A stretch of DNA of 64,000 bases, taken from the NCBI GenBank assembly GCA_964291285.2, contig OZ219787.1:1760001-1824000 (forward strand). The letters are read 5' to 3'. Source of the DNA: Alphaproteobacteria bacterium (GTDB lineage Bacteria; Pseudomonadota; Alphaproteobacteria; Bin95). Every line of letters starts with the position of its first letter. Within the stretch, counting starts at the first letter, position 1. The notes under the pieces are model-generated. The model was not told where the DNA came from. It ran no database searches and was given only the letters and a program-made list of their open reading frames with translations. The position numbers and the translations under genes were made by a program. Below are positions 30,114 to 39,851 of this stretch, in pieces.

Positions 30114-32396
30114 CTATTCCTCCGCCGCCGCCTGCTCGTCCACCGCCTTGCGGACCTTCGGCGGCGACATGGGCAGCTCCGTCATCCGGATGCCGATGGC
30201 GTCCTGGATGGCGTTCGCCATCGCGGCCATGGGCGGCACGATCGGCACTTCGCCGACCCCGCGCGCGCCGTAGGGATGCCTCGGGTTCGGCACCTCGACG
30301 ACGACCGTGTCGATCATCGGCAGGTCCGAGGCGACCGGGATGCGGTAGTCGAGGAAACCGGGATTCTCCAGCCGGCCCTTGTCGTCGTAGATATACTCCT
30401 CGTTCAAGGCCCAGCCGATGCCCTGCACGGCGCCGCCCTGGATCTGGCCCTCGACATAGGAGGGATGGATCGCGCGGCCGGCATCCTGCGTCGCCAGGTA
30501 GCGCAGCACCTTCACATGGCCGGTCTCCCGGTCCACCTCGACATCGACCAGATGCGTGCCGAAGCCGGGGCCCGCGCCCTGGGCGTTGAGCGAGGAGGTG
30601 GCGGCGATCGGCCCGCCGGTGCGCCCCGACTTGGCCGCGAGGTCCTCCAGCGACAGCGGCTCGAAATCGCCCGCATTGCTGCCGGCGGGAACGGCCTGGC
30701 CGTCCTGCCACTCGACCGCCTCGACCGGGATATCCCAGGTCTTGGCGGCGCGCGCCTTCAGTTCGTTCACGACGGACCTGGACGCCTCCACCACGGCCAT
30801 GCCGGTGGCGAAGGTGACGCGGCTGCCGCCGGTGAGGAAGCAGTAGCCGACCGAGCTCGTGTCCGCGACGATCGGGCGGACGCGCTCCACGTCGATGCCG
30901 AGCACCTCGGCCGCCATCATCGCCATGGAGGCGCGGGAGCCGCCGATGTCCGGGTTGCCGGTGGCGACCACGGCCGTGCCGTCCTCGTTGATGTTGACGG
31001 TCGCGGAGGACTCGCCGCCGATATTGAACCAGAAGCCCGCAGCGACGCCGCGGCCCTGGTTCGGCCCGAGCGGAACCTTGTAGTTCGGGTGGTCCTTGAC
31101 CGCCTCCAGCGTCTCGACGCAGCCGATATCGCCGAAGGTCGGGCCGTAGGCGGCCTTGGTGCCCTTCTTGGCGGCGTTCTTGAGCCGGAGTTCGACCGGG
31201 TCCATGCCGAGCTCGCGCGCAAGCTCGTCCACCGCGCTCTCGACGCCGAAGTTCGAGATCGGCGCGCCGGGCGCCCGGTAGGCCGCGACCTTGGGACGGT
31301 TGGTCACCACGTCATAGCCGGTGATGCGCACGTCCTGGAGGTCGTACACCGCGAACGCGGTCATGCAGCCGGGGCCGACGGGCGAGCCCGCATAGGCGCC
31401 GGCCTGGAACTTCAGCACGGCGTCGCCCGCGACGATGGTGCCGTCGCGCCTGGCGCCGATCTTGACCCAGACGGTGCCGCCCGAGGTCGGGCCGGAGCCG
31501 CGGAACACCTCTTCGCGGGTCATCGCCATCTTCACCGGCCGCCCGGACTTCCGCGACAGCACGACCGCCAGCGGCTCCAGATAGACCAGCGTCTTGCCGC
31601 CGAAGCCGCCGCCGATCTCCAGCGGCGTCACGCGGATTTCGGAAATGTCGATGCCGAGCAGCTTGGCGACATAGGCGCGGACCATGAACTGCCCCTGGCT
31701 GGAGCAGTAGATCTGCACCTGCCCGTCGGCGGCGTATTGCGCCACGCAGGCATGCGGCTCGATATAGCCCTGGTGGACCGGCGCGGTCTTGTATTTGCGC
31801 TCGATGACGATGTCGGCCTTGTCGAACGCCGCGTCCACGTCGCCCAGCTCGAAGACCATGCGCTTGGCGACATTGGAGGGCGTCGTGGGCTTGGGATCGA
31901 CGCCGGAGGTGAACAGGTCGTCGTGGAGGACGGGCGCGCCCTCGACCATCGCGTCCTCGACGTCGATGACATGCGGCAGCACCTCGTAATCCACCTCGAT
32001 GGCCGCGAGCGCGGCATCGGCGGCGGCGGCGCTGGTGGCCGCAACGGCGGCGACGGCGTGGCCGTCATAGAGCGCCTTGCCGCGCGCCATGGTGTTGCCG
32101 GACATGTCCTTGAAGTCCGCCGGGCCTTCTCCGACGAAGGCTTCCTCGCTGGTGATCTCCGGCATGTCGGCGGCGGTCATCACCGCCTTGACGCCGGGGA
32201 CCGCCTCGGCCTTCGAGGTGTCGATGGAGCGGATGCGGGCATGGGCGTGCGGGCTGCGCAGCACCTTGCCGACGAGCTGGCCGGGAAGCTGGAAGTCGGC
32301 CCCGAACTGGGCGCGGCCGGTGACCTTGTCCACGCCGTCCGGGCGGATCGGCCTCGTGCCGACAACCTTGAGGTCGGGGGTTCCGTCAGGCGCCAT
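30114..32396 (-). CDS. Xanthine dehydrogenase family molybdopterin-binding large subunit
   Basis: DKVTGRAQF, RSPHAHARI, IGGGFGGK, AYRAPG, GGSR, GQIQGG..QGIG, GVGE. Confidence 0.93.
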   Translation of the reverse strand: MAPDGTPDLKVVGTRPIRPDGVDKVTGRAQFGADFQLPGQLVGKVLRSPHAHARIRSIDTSKAEAVPGVKAVMTAADMPEITSEEAFVGEGPADFKDMSGNTMARGKALYDGHAVAAVAATSAAAADAALAAIEVDYEVLPHVIDVEDAMVEGAPVLHDDLFTSGVDPKPTTPSNVAKRMVFELGDVDAAFDKADIVIERKYKTAPVHQGYIEPHACVAQYAADGQVQIYCSSQGQFMVRAYVAKLLGIDISEIRVTPLEIGGGFGGKTLVYLEPLAVVLSRKSGRPVKMAMTREEVFRGSGPTSGGTVWVKIGARRDGTIVAGDAVLKFQAGAYAGSPVGPGCMTAFAVYDLQDVRITGYDVVTNRPKVAAYRAPGAPISNFGVESAVDELARELGMDPVELRLKNAAKKGTKAAYGPTFGDIGCVETLEAVKDHPNYKVPLGPNQGRGVAAGFWFNIGGESSATVNINEDGTAVVATGNPDIGGSRASMAMMAAEVLGIDVERVRPIVADTSSVGYCFLTGGSRVTFATGMAVVEASRSVVNELKARAAKTWDIPVEAVEWQDGQAVPAGSNAGDFEPLSLEDLAAKSGRTGGPIAATSSLNAQGAGPGFGTHLVDVEVDRETGHVKVLRYLATQDAGRAIHPSYVEGQIQGGAVQGIGWALNEEYIYDDKGRLENPGFLDYRIPVASDLPMIDTVVVEVPNPRHPYGARGVGEVPIVPPMAAMANAIQDAIGIRMTELPMSPPKVRKAVDEQAAAEE

Positions 32397-32397
32397 G

Positions 32398-32877
32398 TCA
32401 GGATGCTCCTCTCATGTCGGCGGCCGTGTCGAGCACGGCGCGGATGATTTTATCGTAGCCGGTGCAGCGGCAGAGGTTGCCGGCGAGCCAGTAGCGCGCC
32501 TCCTCCTCCGTCGGGTCCGGGTTGCGCTCAAGCAGCGCCCTCGATGCGACGAGGAAGCCCGGCGTGCAGATGCCGCATTGCAGCGCCGCATATTCCAGGA
32601 ATTTCTGCTGCAGCGGGTGCAGTTGGTCCCCGTCGGCCATGCCCTCGATGGTCTGGATGGCGTGGCCCTCGGCCTCGACGCCCAGCATCAGACAGGAGCA
32701 GACGAGACGATCGTCGACCGTGATCGAGCAGGCGCCGCAGTCGCCCGTGGCGCAGCCTTCCTTGGTACCGGTCAGGTGCAATTCGTCGCGAAGCACGTCG
32801 AGCATGGTCTGCTCCGTGTTGCAGAGGAACTCGACCGGCTCGCCGTTGATCGTGGTGGAAATGTGATGTTTCGCCAT
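32398..32877 (-). CDS. [2Fe-2S] small subunit (CoxS/XdhC-type)
   Basis: GTKEGCATGDCGACS, QCGICTPG, NLCRCTGY. Confidence 0.95.
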   Translation of the reverse strand: MAKHHISTTINGEPVEFLCNTEQTMLDVLRDELHLTGTKEGCATGDCGACSITVDDRLVCSCLMLGVEAEGHAIQTIEGMADGDQLHPLQQKFLEYAALQCGICTPGFLVASRALLERNPDPTEEEARYWLAGNLCRCTGYDKIIRAVLDTAADMRGAS

Positions 32878-32886
32878 GGTTTCGGC

Positions 32887-33753
32887 TCAGGCTCCCGCGC
32901 GCTTGAAGGCAGTGGCGGCCGCGCGGCGCGCCAGCACGCCCGCGACCTTGGTGCGGTATTCGATGGTGCCGCGCTTGTCGGAAATCGGACTGCAGGCAGC
33001 CTGTGCGGCGGCGTCGAGCGCAGCAAGCGCCGCATCGTCGAGCCTGCTGCCGACCAGCGCCGCAGCCGCGTCGGAGACAACCAGCACGGTCGGCGCGACG
33101 GCTCCGAGTGACACTTTTGCTGCTGTGCAGGTGCCGCCCTCATCCAGCGTCACGCAAACGCCGGCACCGACCACGGCGATGTCCATTTCCGTGCGCGGAA
33201 TGAAGCGCAGATAGGCGTCGCCTGTGCGCGCCGGCTTCGGCGGCAGCTTGACCGCAACCACCATCTCGCCCTTGGCGAGCGAGGTGCTGCCCGGCCCGGT
33301 CGGGACCTCTTCTACCGGAACCTCGCGCTCCCCGTTCGGCCCGGCGATGACGACCGTCGCGCCCGCCGCGACCAGCGCCGGCACGGAGTCCGCAGCCGGC
33401 GAGGCATTGCAAAGATTGCCGACGAAGGAGGCGCGGCCCTGGATCTGCGTCGAGCCGATCAGTTCGACCGCCTCCACGATGCCCGGCCAATCCCTGGACA
33501 GCGTGGCGTGCTCACCCGCCTCGGCGCCGGAGACGGACGCGCCGATCCGGTAGCCGCCGCCCTCGGTCGTGATCGTCCTGAGTTCGGGGATCCGCTTGGT
33601 ATCGACGATCAGGTCCGGCTTCAGAATGCCGGAGCGCAATTGAACAAGGAGGTCCGTGCCCCCCGCCAGCACCCTGGCGACGCCGCTTGCGTTCGCCAGC
33701 AACTGCACCGCTTCGGCCACCGTCGTGGGCGCAGCGAAACTCGGTGCGTACAT
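32887..33753 (-). CDS. FAD-binding medium subunit (CoxM-type)
   Basis: LAGGTDL, QIQGRASFVGNLCNASPAAD, PISDKRG..EYR. Confidence 0.93.
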   Translation of the reverse strand: MYAPSFAAPTTVAEAVQLLANASGVARVLAGGTDLLVQLRSGILKPDLIVDTKRIPELRTITTEGGGYRIGASVSGAEAGEHATLSRDWPGIVEAVELIGSTQIQGRASFVGNLCNASPAADSVPALVAAGATVVIAGPNGEREVPVEEVPTGPGSTSLAKGEMVVAVKLPPKPARTGDAYLRFIPRTEMDIAVVGAGVCVTLDEGGTCTAAKVSLGAVAPTVLVVSDAAAALVGSRLDDAALAALDAAAQAACSPISDKRGTIEYRTKVAGVLARRAAATAFKRAGA

Positions 33754-33927
33754 CCTTCCTCCTCAATCTCGCATGGTCGCGCAAACAGGCCCACTGACGC
33801 GCCATCGGAGCCGGCAGACCTCTCGGATACAGCCATTCTAGAGCCATCCGCCCCCCTTTGGCGAGAGCGCAGCGTCGATAAGTCGCCTCGGCCCGGATGC
33901 TGACCGATTGAAGTGATATAGGGGGTA

Positions 33928-34428
33928 TCAAAAGTCAATAATTACAGGCGTGTGCCCGCAATTCTCGATGAACCGCACAAGGTCTTCGGGAGCAATGGCC
34001 GTGGTGCGGTCATTCCTGAGCGGGTGGTAGTTGAGTGGCGAGATTTCGAGCATCCGGGCCTGCAGCACCGGCTGCACGCGCTGTTCGCGGTCATTCATCA
34101 GGGCAAAGGGTGTGACGGCGCCAGGCAGGATGCCCAGCACTTCCATGAGGCGCTCCGCCGAGCCGAAGGAAGGGCGTCCCGCGCCGATGCGCCCGCCAAG
34201 CTCCTTCAGGTCGACCCTCGCATCCTCCAGGCAGACGACCAGCCAGTAAGCATTCTTCCGGTTCTTCAGGAACAGATTCTTGCAATGGCCACCAGCGATG
34301 CCGCCGCGCAACTCCCGGTTTTCGTCCACCGTGAACACCGGCGCGTGGCAGACGGTGCTGTGGCCGATGGCGAGCTCGTCGAGGCGGGCGAAAAGGTCGT
34401 CCGGCGTGGCGGGCACGGAGGCCGTCAT
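33928..34428 (-). CDS. YbaK/ProXp-ala-like aminoacyl-tRNA editing domain protein
   Basis: HAPVFTV, HCKNLFLK, SFGSAE, GAVTPFAL, YHPLRNDRT. Confidence 0.85.
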   Translation of the reverse strand: MTASVPATPDDLFARLDELAIGHSTVCHAPVFTVDENRELRGGIAGGHCKNLFLKNRKNAYWLVVCLEDARVDLKELGGRIGAGRPSFGSAERLMEVLGILPGAVTPFALMNDREQRVQPVLQARMLEISPLNYHPLRNDRTTAIAPEDLVRFIENCGHTPVIIDF

Positions 34429-35828
34429 GCCGTTGCTGCGGCTGCGACGGCGAGCGCCGCGGCATCGTGGCGCGGCAGGTCCATCAGCACGACCTTCAGG
34501 CGCCCGGCGGCGGCCTTGCCGACCGCGTCCGCCGCGAGTGCGTCGTATTTGGAGAGCAGCGCCGCCTCGCGGCCGGGATAGCCGGGCGCGCCGGAGGGGT
34601 TGAGGGTTTCCGACCGCTCCACGCGCCCGTCGGGCCCGGCGACCTCGACCCAGCCGGGATAATCGGCCGGATAGAGGCCGTCGAGTTCGGCGTCAGGTAC
34701 CAGTTCGATCCGCCGGGCAAGTTCCACCAGTTCCGGGTCATTCAGCCGCTCGTCGGTATATTGCGCCGGCAGCGCATTGCCGTCCGCGAGCGCCGCGGCG
34801 ATGGTGAAGCGCGCACTCATCTGGCCGTTGAGTGCGGTGCCGGGCTCGTAATCGAAGCCGCACTGGACATCCACGACCCGCGGCAGGCCGGCGCGGACGA
34901 TCTCGTCCGGCTCCGGCATCCGGCCGAGGCGGTCGCGGATTTCCCTCGCGGCATCGACATAGGAGTGCAGGGAACCGCAGCAGGAATAGGGCTTGAAATA
35001 GACCTGCTCGACGGCCCATTCCCTGTCGAGCCCTTTCAGCAGCCGTTCCGGCTCTGCGGCATCGGAGAAGGCGTCGAGGAAACCGCCGTCATCGGTTTCC
35101 AGCACGCTCGCCGGCCCGGTGAAGCCCATCGCCGCCAGTTCCGCCGCCATGACGCCCGCATGGGCGGCGCGTCCGGGATGCAGGCGTTTGCTCATCGCGC
35201 CGTCCGCATTGAAGGCGAACAGGCCGGAGCCCTGAGTTGCGCCGAGGCCGAGCGCCCAGGCCGTCGCCTCCTCGTCGAGTCCGAGAAGCACCGCGCCTGC
35301 AGCCGCCGCTCCGAGCGGGCCGCATACGCCCGTCAGGTGCCAGCCGCGCAGCCGGGCCGCGTTCGGGTCGAGCGCGCGGGAGGCGCGCACCATCACCTCG
35401 TAGCCGGCGACGACCGCTGTTTCGAGGGCGTTGCCTGCGGAGTCCAAACGCTCGCCGAGCGCCAACGCTGCCGGGACGACCACCGCGCCCGGATGGAGTT
35501 TGGCGATGAAGTCGTCGAGTTCGAAGGCATGGGCCGCCACGCCGTTCACGAGTGCTGCGTCAGCAGGTCTGAGCGACGGTCCTGCCTCTCCCCACACGGT
35601 AGCGAGGCCTTCGGCGTTTCCCGGTGCGCCCGATCCCTGACGTGCCCAGGCCAGCGCCGTTTCGGCCCAGAACTCCTGCCGACCATGCAGCGCAGCGCCC
35701 ATTGTGTCGAGCAGAGCGAGGCGTGCGGCGTAGCGGGTGCTTTCCGGCAGCATTTCCGGGCGCAGGCCTACGAGCCAGCGGGCGAGTTCGGCGGTCAGTG
35801 CGGGCTTTTCGTTGCGGTCGCGCGGCAT
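34425..35828 (-). CDS. MmgE/PrpD family protein
   Basis: AALVNGVAAHAFELDD, HPGAVVVPAALA, GYEV, GWH.TG, KRLHPG, FKPYSCC. Confidence 0.9.
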   Translation of the reverse strand: MPRDRNEKPALTAELARWLVGLRPEMLPESTRYAARLALLDTMGAALHGRQEFWAETALAWARQGSGAPGNAEGLATVWGEAGPSLRPADAALVNGVAAHAFELDDFIAKLHPGAVVVPAALALGERLDSAGNALETAVVAGYEVMVRASRALDPNAARLRGWHLTGVCGPLGAAAAGAVLLGLDEEATAWALGLGATQGSGLFAFNADGAMSKRLHPGRAAHAGVMAAELAAMGFTGPASVLETDDGGFLDAFSDAAEPERLLKGLDREWAVEQVYFKPYSCCGSLHSYVDAAREIRDRLGRMPEPDEIVRAGLPRVVDVQCGFDYEPGTALNGQMSARFTIAAALADGNALPAQYTDERLNDPELVELARRIELVPDAELDGLYPADYPGWVEVAGPDGRVERSETLNPSGAPGYPGREAALLSKYDALAADAVGKAAAGRLKVVLMDLPRHDAAALAVAAAATA

Positions 35829-35955
35829 GGGACTGGCTCTCCGGAACACGGGACGGCCTGCCGGGAGGGTTCCAACGGCGGCGTTTTCCGGCAAAGAATG
35901 CAGGAATCGCGGTCCGGTCGCAAACCCGCCGGCCGCCTCGCACACACGGGAGAAC

Positions 35956-37155
35956 ATGCCCATGCCGGGTCCGTTCGACGGCCTGAGAGTGATCGACCTG
36001 ACGACCGTGGTCGTAGGGCCCTACACCAGCCAGTTGCTCGGCGACCTGGGCGCCGATGTCATCAAGGTCGAGGCGCCGGAGGGCGACCTTTCGCGGCTGG
36101 TCGGACCGCACCGCAACCCGGGCATGACATCGCAATGGATGCATGTGAACCGGAACAAACGCAGCATCGTCCTCGACCTCAAGACCGAAGGCGGCAGGCA
36201 GGCTATGGAAGGCCTGATCGGCACGGCCGATGTCTTCGTCCACAATATGCGCCCGGAGCCGCTGGCGCGCCTCGGTCTCGACTATCCGCGGGTCGCCGAA
36301 GTCCGGCCGGACATCGTGTTCTGCAATATCTGGGGGTTCGGGCGCAGCGGCCCCTATGCCGGGCAGGCGGCTTTCGACGATGTGATCCAGGCCGGCGCCG
36401 GGCTTGCCGCGCTGGAAGGCTTCGCGACCGGCCAGGCGAAATATGTGCCGATGCTGATTGCCGACAAGACGACGGCGCTGTTCGCGGCGCTGGCGGTTTC
36501 CGGCGCGCTGTACCACCGTCTGGCGACCGGGGAGGGGCAGGAGGTCGAGGTGCCCATGTTCGAGAGCATGGCCGGGTTCGCCATGGTGGAGCATCTCTGG
36601 GGCGAAAGCTTCGTGCCGGCCCTGGACCGGGTGGGCTCCGAGCGGCATGCGACGCCGAAACGCTGGCCGATCGCCACGAAGGACGGCTTCATCTGCGTGC
36701 TGGCGACTTCCGACAAGCACTGGCGCGCAATGCTCGAGGTCGCCGGTCGGCCGCAGCTGATGGATGACCCGCGCTACGCAACCCGTCCGGCCCGTTTCAG
36801 GCACCGCGACGAAATCAACGCTGAGCTCGAAAGCTGGATGGCGGAAAAGACCACCGAGGAATGGGCGGGGCCGTTGTCGGAGGCGGGCGTGCCCTGCATG
36901 CCCGTGCAGAGCCTTGAGCAGGTGGTCGCGGACCCTCATTTGGCCGAAGTCGGCTTCTGGCACGAGATCGACCATCCGAGCGAGGGCCGGCTTCGGCTGA
37001 TGGCGCCTTCGTTCACGCTCAATCGCTCGCCCGCCTCGATCCGCCGGCCGCCGCCCCACCAGGGGGAGCACACGCGGGAAGTGCTGGCGGAAATCGGCTT
37101 CGACGACGCCGGGATCGAGGACCTGCTGACCTCCGGCGCAGCGATGGCGGAGTAA
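35956..37155 (+). CDS. CaiB/BaiF family III CoA transferase
   Basis: RVIDLT..VGP, LGDLGADVIKVEAP.GD, NRNKRS, ADVFVHNMRP, FDDVIQA, GEHTREVL. Confidence 0.93.
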   Translation: MPMPGPFDGLRVIDLTTVVVGPYTSQLLGDLGADVIKVEAPEGDLSRLVGPHRNPGMTSQWMHVNRNKRSIVLDLKTEGGRQAMEGLIGTADVFVHNMRPEPLARLGLDYPRVAEVRPDIVFCNIWGFGRSGPYAGQAAFDDVIQAGAGLAALEGFATGQAKYVPMLIADKTTALFAALAVSGALYHRLATGEGQEVEVPMFESMAGFAMVEHLWGESFVPALDRVGSERHATPKRWPIATKDGFICVLATSDKHWRAMLEVAGRPQLMDDPRYATRPARFRHRDEINAELESWMAEKTTEEWAGPLSEAGVPCMPVQSLEQVVADPHLAEVGFWHEIDHPSEGRLRLMAPSFTLNRSPASIRRPPPHQGEHTREVLAEIGFDDAGIEDLLTSGAAMAE

Positions 37156-37182
37156 TGTAGTCGCAGTGCAGGAGTTGGGGCC

Positions 37183-37743
37183 ATGATGCAGGACGTGCCG
37201 GCAGGGCATATCGCCGCCATCGTCACCGACCTGGAGATGACGGCACCGCCCGCCGACCCCGGGCCGGCCGCGCCGTTGGTCAGGTGGCGTAACCCGGACC
37301 TCGATGCGTACCGCGCGCTGTTTCGCGAGATCGGCGAGGACTGGCTCTGGTTCTCGCGCCTCTCGCTCCTGGACGAGGCGTTGGCGGCCATCCTGCACAA
37401 CCCGCAGGTAGAACTCTATGCGGGCTCGGACAATGAGAGCATCGTCGAGCTCGATTTTCGCGAGCGGGGCTCGTGCGAGGTCGCGTTCTTCGGCCTGGTG
37501 CCGTCCATGACCGGCCGCGGGGAGGGGCGCCGGCTGATGGCGGCGGCGCTCGCCCTGGCGTGGCGGGAGGACGTGGGCAGGGTCTGGCTGCATGCCTGCA
37601 CGCACGACCACCCGGCGGCGCTACCCTTCTATCTCTCCTGCGGGTTCCGTGCCGTGCGCCGGCGCATCGAGGTCGAGCCCGACCCGAGGCTTGACGGGCG
37701 GATCGCGCCGCAAGCTGCTTCGCACCATCCCGTCATCCGTTGA
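37183..37743 (+). CDS. GNAT family N-acetyltransferase
   Basis: FFGLVP..GRGEGR, VWLHACTHDHPAALPFY..GF. Confidence 0.85.
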   Translation: MMQDVPAGHIAAIVTDLEMTAPPADPGPAAPLVRWRNPDLDAYRALFREIGEDWLWFSRLSLLDEALAAILHNPQVELYAGSDNESIVELDFRERGSCEVAFFGLVPSMTGRGEGRRLMAAALALAWREDVGRVWLHACTHDHPAALPFYLSCGFRAVRRRIEVEPDPRLDGRIAPQAASHHPVIR

Positions 37744-37832
37744 ATGTGACTTCCAAGGGCCGCATTGCGCAGCATGGCCGGAGTCTCCTAAACCGGCCCC
37801 GGACTGGCATTTCCGAACCGGAGAAGAACGAC

Positions 37833-38621
37833 ATGCAGATTTCCATGACCGGGCGCACGGCGCTCATCACCGGCGGCAGCGACGGCATGGGCCGGGCGAT
37901 GGCGCTGAAATTCGCAGGCGCCGGCGCGTCGGTCGCCATCGCCGCCCGCCGCCAGGGGCCGCTCGACGAGGCGCTGGCCGCGCTGGAAGCGGTTGCGCCG
38001 GGCCGCGCGGCCGCCTTTTCCGCCGATGTCAGCAGGGTCGAAGACTGCGAACGGATCTACCGCGATACCGTGGTGCGGTTCGGCGCCGTGGACATTCTGG
38101 TCAACAATGCCGGGACGTCGCAGACCGGCAAATTCGAGGAGATCGACGACGCGACCTGGCAGGCCGACCTCGACCTCAAGCTGTTCGCTGCGATCCGGCT
38201 GTGCCGGCTGGCGCTGCCGGACATGAAGGCGCGCGGCTGGGGCCGGATCGTCAATGTGCTGAATGTGGGCGCGAAGGCGCCGCAGGCCGGCGGCGCGCCG
38301 ACGGCCGTTTCGCGGGCGGCGGGAATGGCGCTTACCAAGGTGCTGGCAGGCGAGGGCGCACCCCACGGTGTGCTGGTCAACGCGCTGCTGACCGGGTTTA
38401 TCCGTTCCGGCCAGTGGGTCCGCCGGCATGCGGACGCGGCCCCGGACACGGACTTCGACAGCTGGCTCGCAGGGATGGCGGGCACGCTCGGCGTTCCGCT
38501 CGGGCGCTTCGGAGAAGCCGAGGAGTTCGCCAATATCGCCTGCTTCCTCGCCTCCGACGCCGGGTCCTACATCACGGGCACGGCGATCAATGTGGACGGC
38601 AATCGCAGCCCGGTCGTCTAG
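37833..38621 (+). CDS. SDR family oxidoreductase (atypical active site)
   Basis: TGGSDGMG, VDILVNNAG, WGRIVN, TAVSRAAG in place of YxxxK, INVDG. Confidence 0.88.
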   Translation: MQISMTGRTALITGGSDGMGRAMALKFAGAGASVAIAARRQGPLDEALAALEAVAPGRAAAFSADVSRVEDCERIYRDTVVRFGAVDILVNNAGTSQTGKFEEIDDATWQADLDLKLFAAIRLCRLALPDMKARGWGRIVNVLNVGAKAPQAGGAPTAVSRAAGMALTKVLAGEGAPHGVLVNALLTGFIRSGQWVRRHADAAPDTDFDSWLAGMAGTLGVPLGRFGEAEEFANIACFLASDAGSYITGTAINVDGNRSPVV

Positions 38622-38659
38622 CCGGGCTTTCGGCGGCAAGACGCCCGGCCCGGCGCAGC

Positions 38660-38795
38660 TTGCATTCCGGGGCGGGCGCGCGTAAACAGCGCGCGATTTC
38701 GCACGCGGGCCGCGGCCGACAAGGCCGGTCCGGTTCCTTCCCGAGGGAAGGCGACGGCCCGTGTCAGGACAAACCGGAACAAGAAAGGCGAGCCG
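38660..38795 (+). promoter_or_regulatory. rpsB promoter and structured 5' leader (probable S2 autoregulatory RNA)
   Basis: TTGCAT (38660)-N17-TAAACA; CACGCGGGCCG...CGGCCCGTG pairing in the leader; position upstream of rpsB. Confidence 0.55.
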
Positions 38796-39830
38796 ATGGC
38801 CGTGCCGACATTCACCATGCGCCAGCTTCTGGAAGCCGGCGTCCATTTCGGACATCACACCCGACGCTGGAACCCCCGGATGGCGCCATACATCTTCGGG
38901 ATCCGCAACGGCATCCACATCATGGACCTCCAGCAGACGGTCCCGATGCTCTACCGCGCACTGGAAGCGGTTTCCCATGTCGTGGGCGAGGGCGGGCGCG
39001 TCCTGTTCGTCGGCACCAAGCGCCAGGCGCAGGAAACGGTGGCCGAAGCGGCGCGGCAATGCGGGCAGTATTTCGTCAACCACCGTTGGCTCGGCGGCAT
39101 GCTGACGAACTGGAAGACAATCTCCAATTCGATCAACCGGCTGCGCGACCTTGAGGAACAGCTGGCACAGGACAATATCGGCCTGACCAAGAAAGAGTTC
39201 CTGCAGCTTCAGCGCGAGCGCGACAAGCTGGAGCAGACGCTGGGCGGCATCAAGGAGATGGCGGGCCTGCCCGATATCCTCTTTGTCATCGACACCAACA
39301 AGGAACACATCGCCGTCGCCGAGGCCCGCAAGCTGAATATCCCCGTCGTCGCGGTGCTGGACAGCAATTCCGACCCCGACGGCGTGGAATTCCCGGTGCC
39401 TGGCAATGACGACGCAATCCGGGCGATCTCGCTCTATTGCGAGCTGGTCACGAGCGCAGTGCTCGACGGCATCGAGCGTGAAATGGCGGCGTCCGGCCAG
39501 GACATCGGCGAGTTGGAGGCGGCGCCGCAGGAGCAGGCCGCAGGTCCAGAGGGCGAGCCGGAAGAGGCGTCTGCCGATACCGCCGAGGCGCCCGAGGCCG
39601 GACAGGCCACAGAGGCTCCCGAGCCTGCGGAGGCTCCCGAGGCCGCAGAAGCACCGGTGACCGCGGAAGCTCCAGAGGCTCCCGAGGCTATGGAGGTTTC
39701 CGAGGCTGCAGAAACTTCCGAACCTGTGGAGGCTCCTGAGGTTGCAGAGGCTTCCGAGGCCGCGGAGGCCGTGGCGGTGGACGATACTGCCGAGAGCGCC
39801 GGCGAGGCTGGCGAAGAACAGACGAACTGA
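38796..39830 (+). CDS. rpsB: 30S ribosomal protein S2 with long acidic repetitive C-terminal tail
   Basis: [38 protein letters not shown]. Confidence 0.98.
   Translation: MAVPTFTMRQLLEAGVHFGHHTRRWNPRMAPYIFGIRNGIHIMDLQQTVPMLYRALEAVSHVVGEGGRVLFVGTKRQAQETVAEAARQCGQYFVNHRWLGGMLTNWKTISNSINRLRDLEEQLAQDNIGLTKKEFLQLQRERDKLEQTLGGIKEMAGLPDILFVIDTNKEHIAVAEARKLNIPVVAVLDSNSDPDGVEFPVPGNDDAIRAISLYCELVTSAVLDGIEREMAASGQDIGELEAAPQEQAAGPEGEPEEASADTAEAPEAGQATEAPEPAEAPEAAEAPVTAEAPEAPEAMEVSEAAETSEPVEAPEVAEASEAAEAVAVDDTAESAGEAGEEQTN
39580..39790 (+). repeat. Degenerate 9/18-bp coding tandem repeat (EAP/EAA units) in the rpsB tail
   Basis: Recurring GAGGCTCC(C/A/T) and GAGGCCGC units encoding [21 protein letters not shown]. 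Confidence 0.75.
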
Positions 39831-39851
39831 CCGCAAGAAAGGCGAACACCG

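Noticed and set aside
30114-33753. Aerobic CO dehydrogenase (coxMSL)
   Set aside because: Lacks the AYxCSFR loop and the coxDEFG accessory genes; called generic XDH family instead
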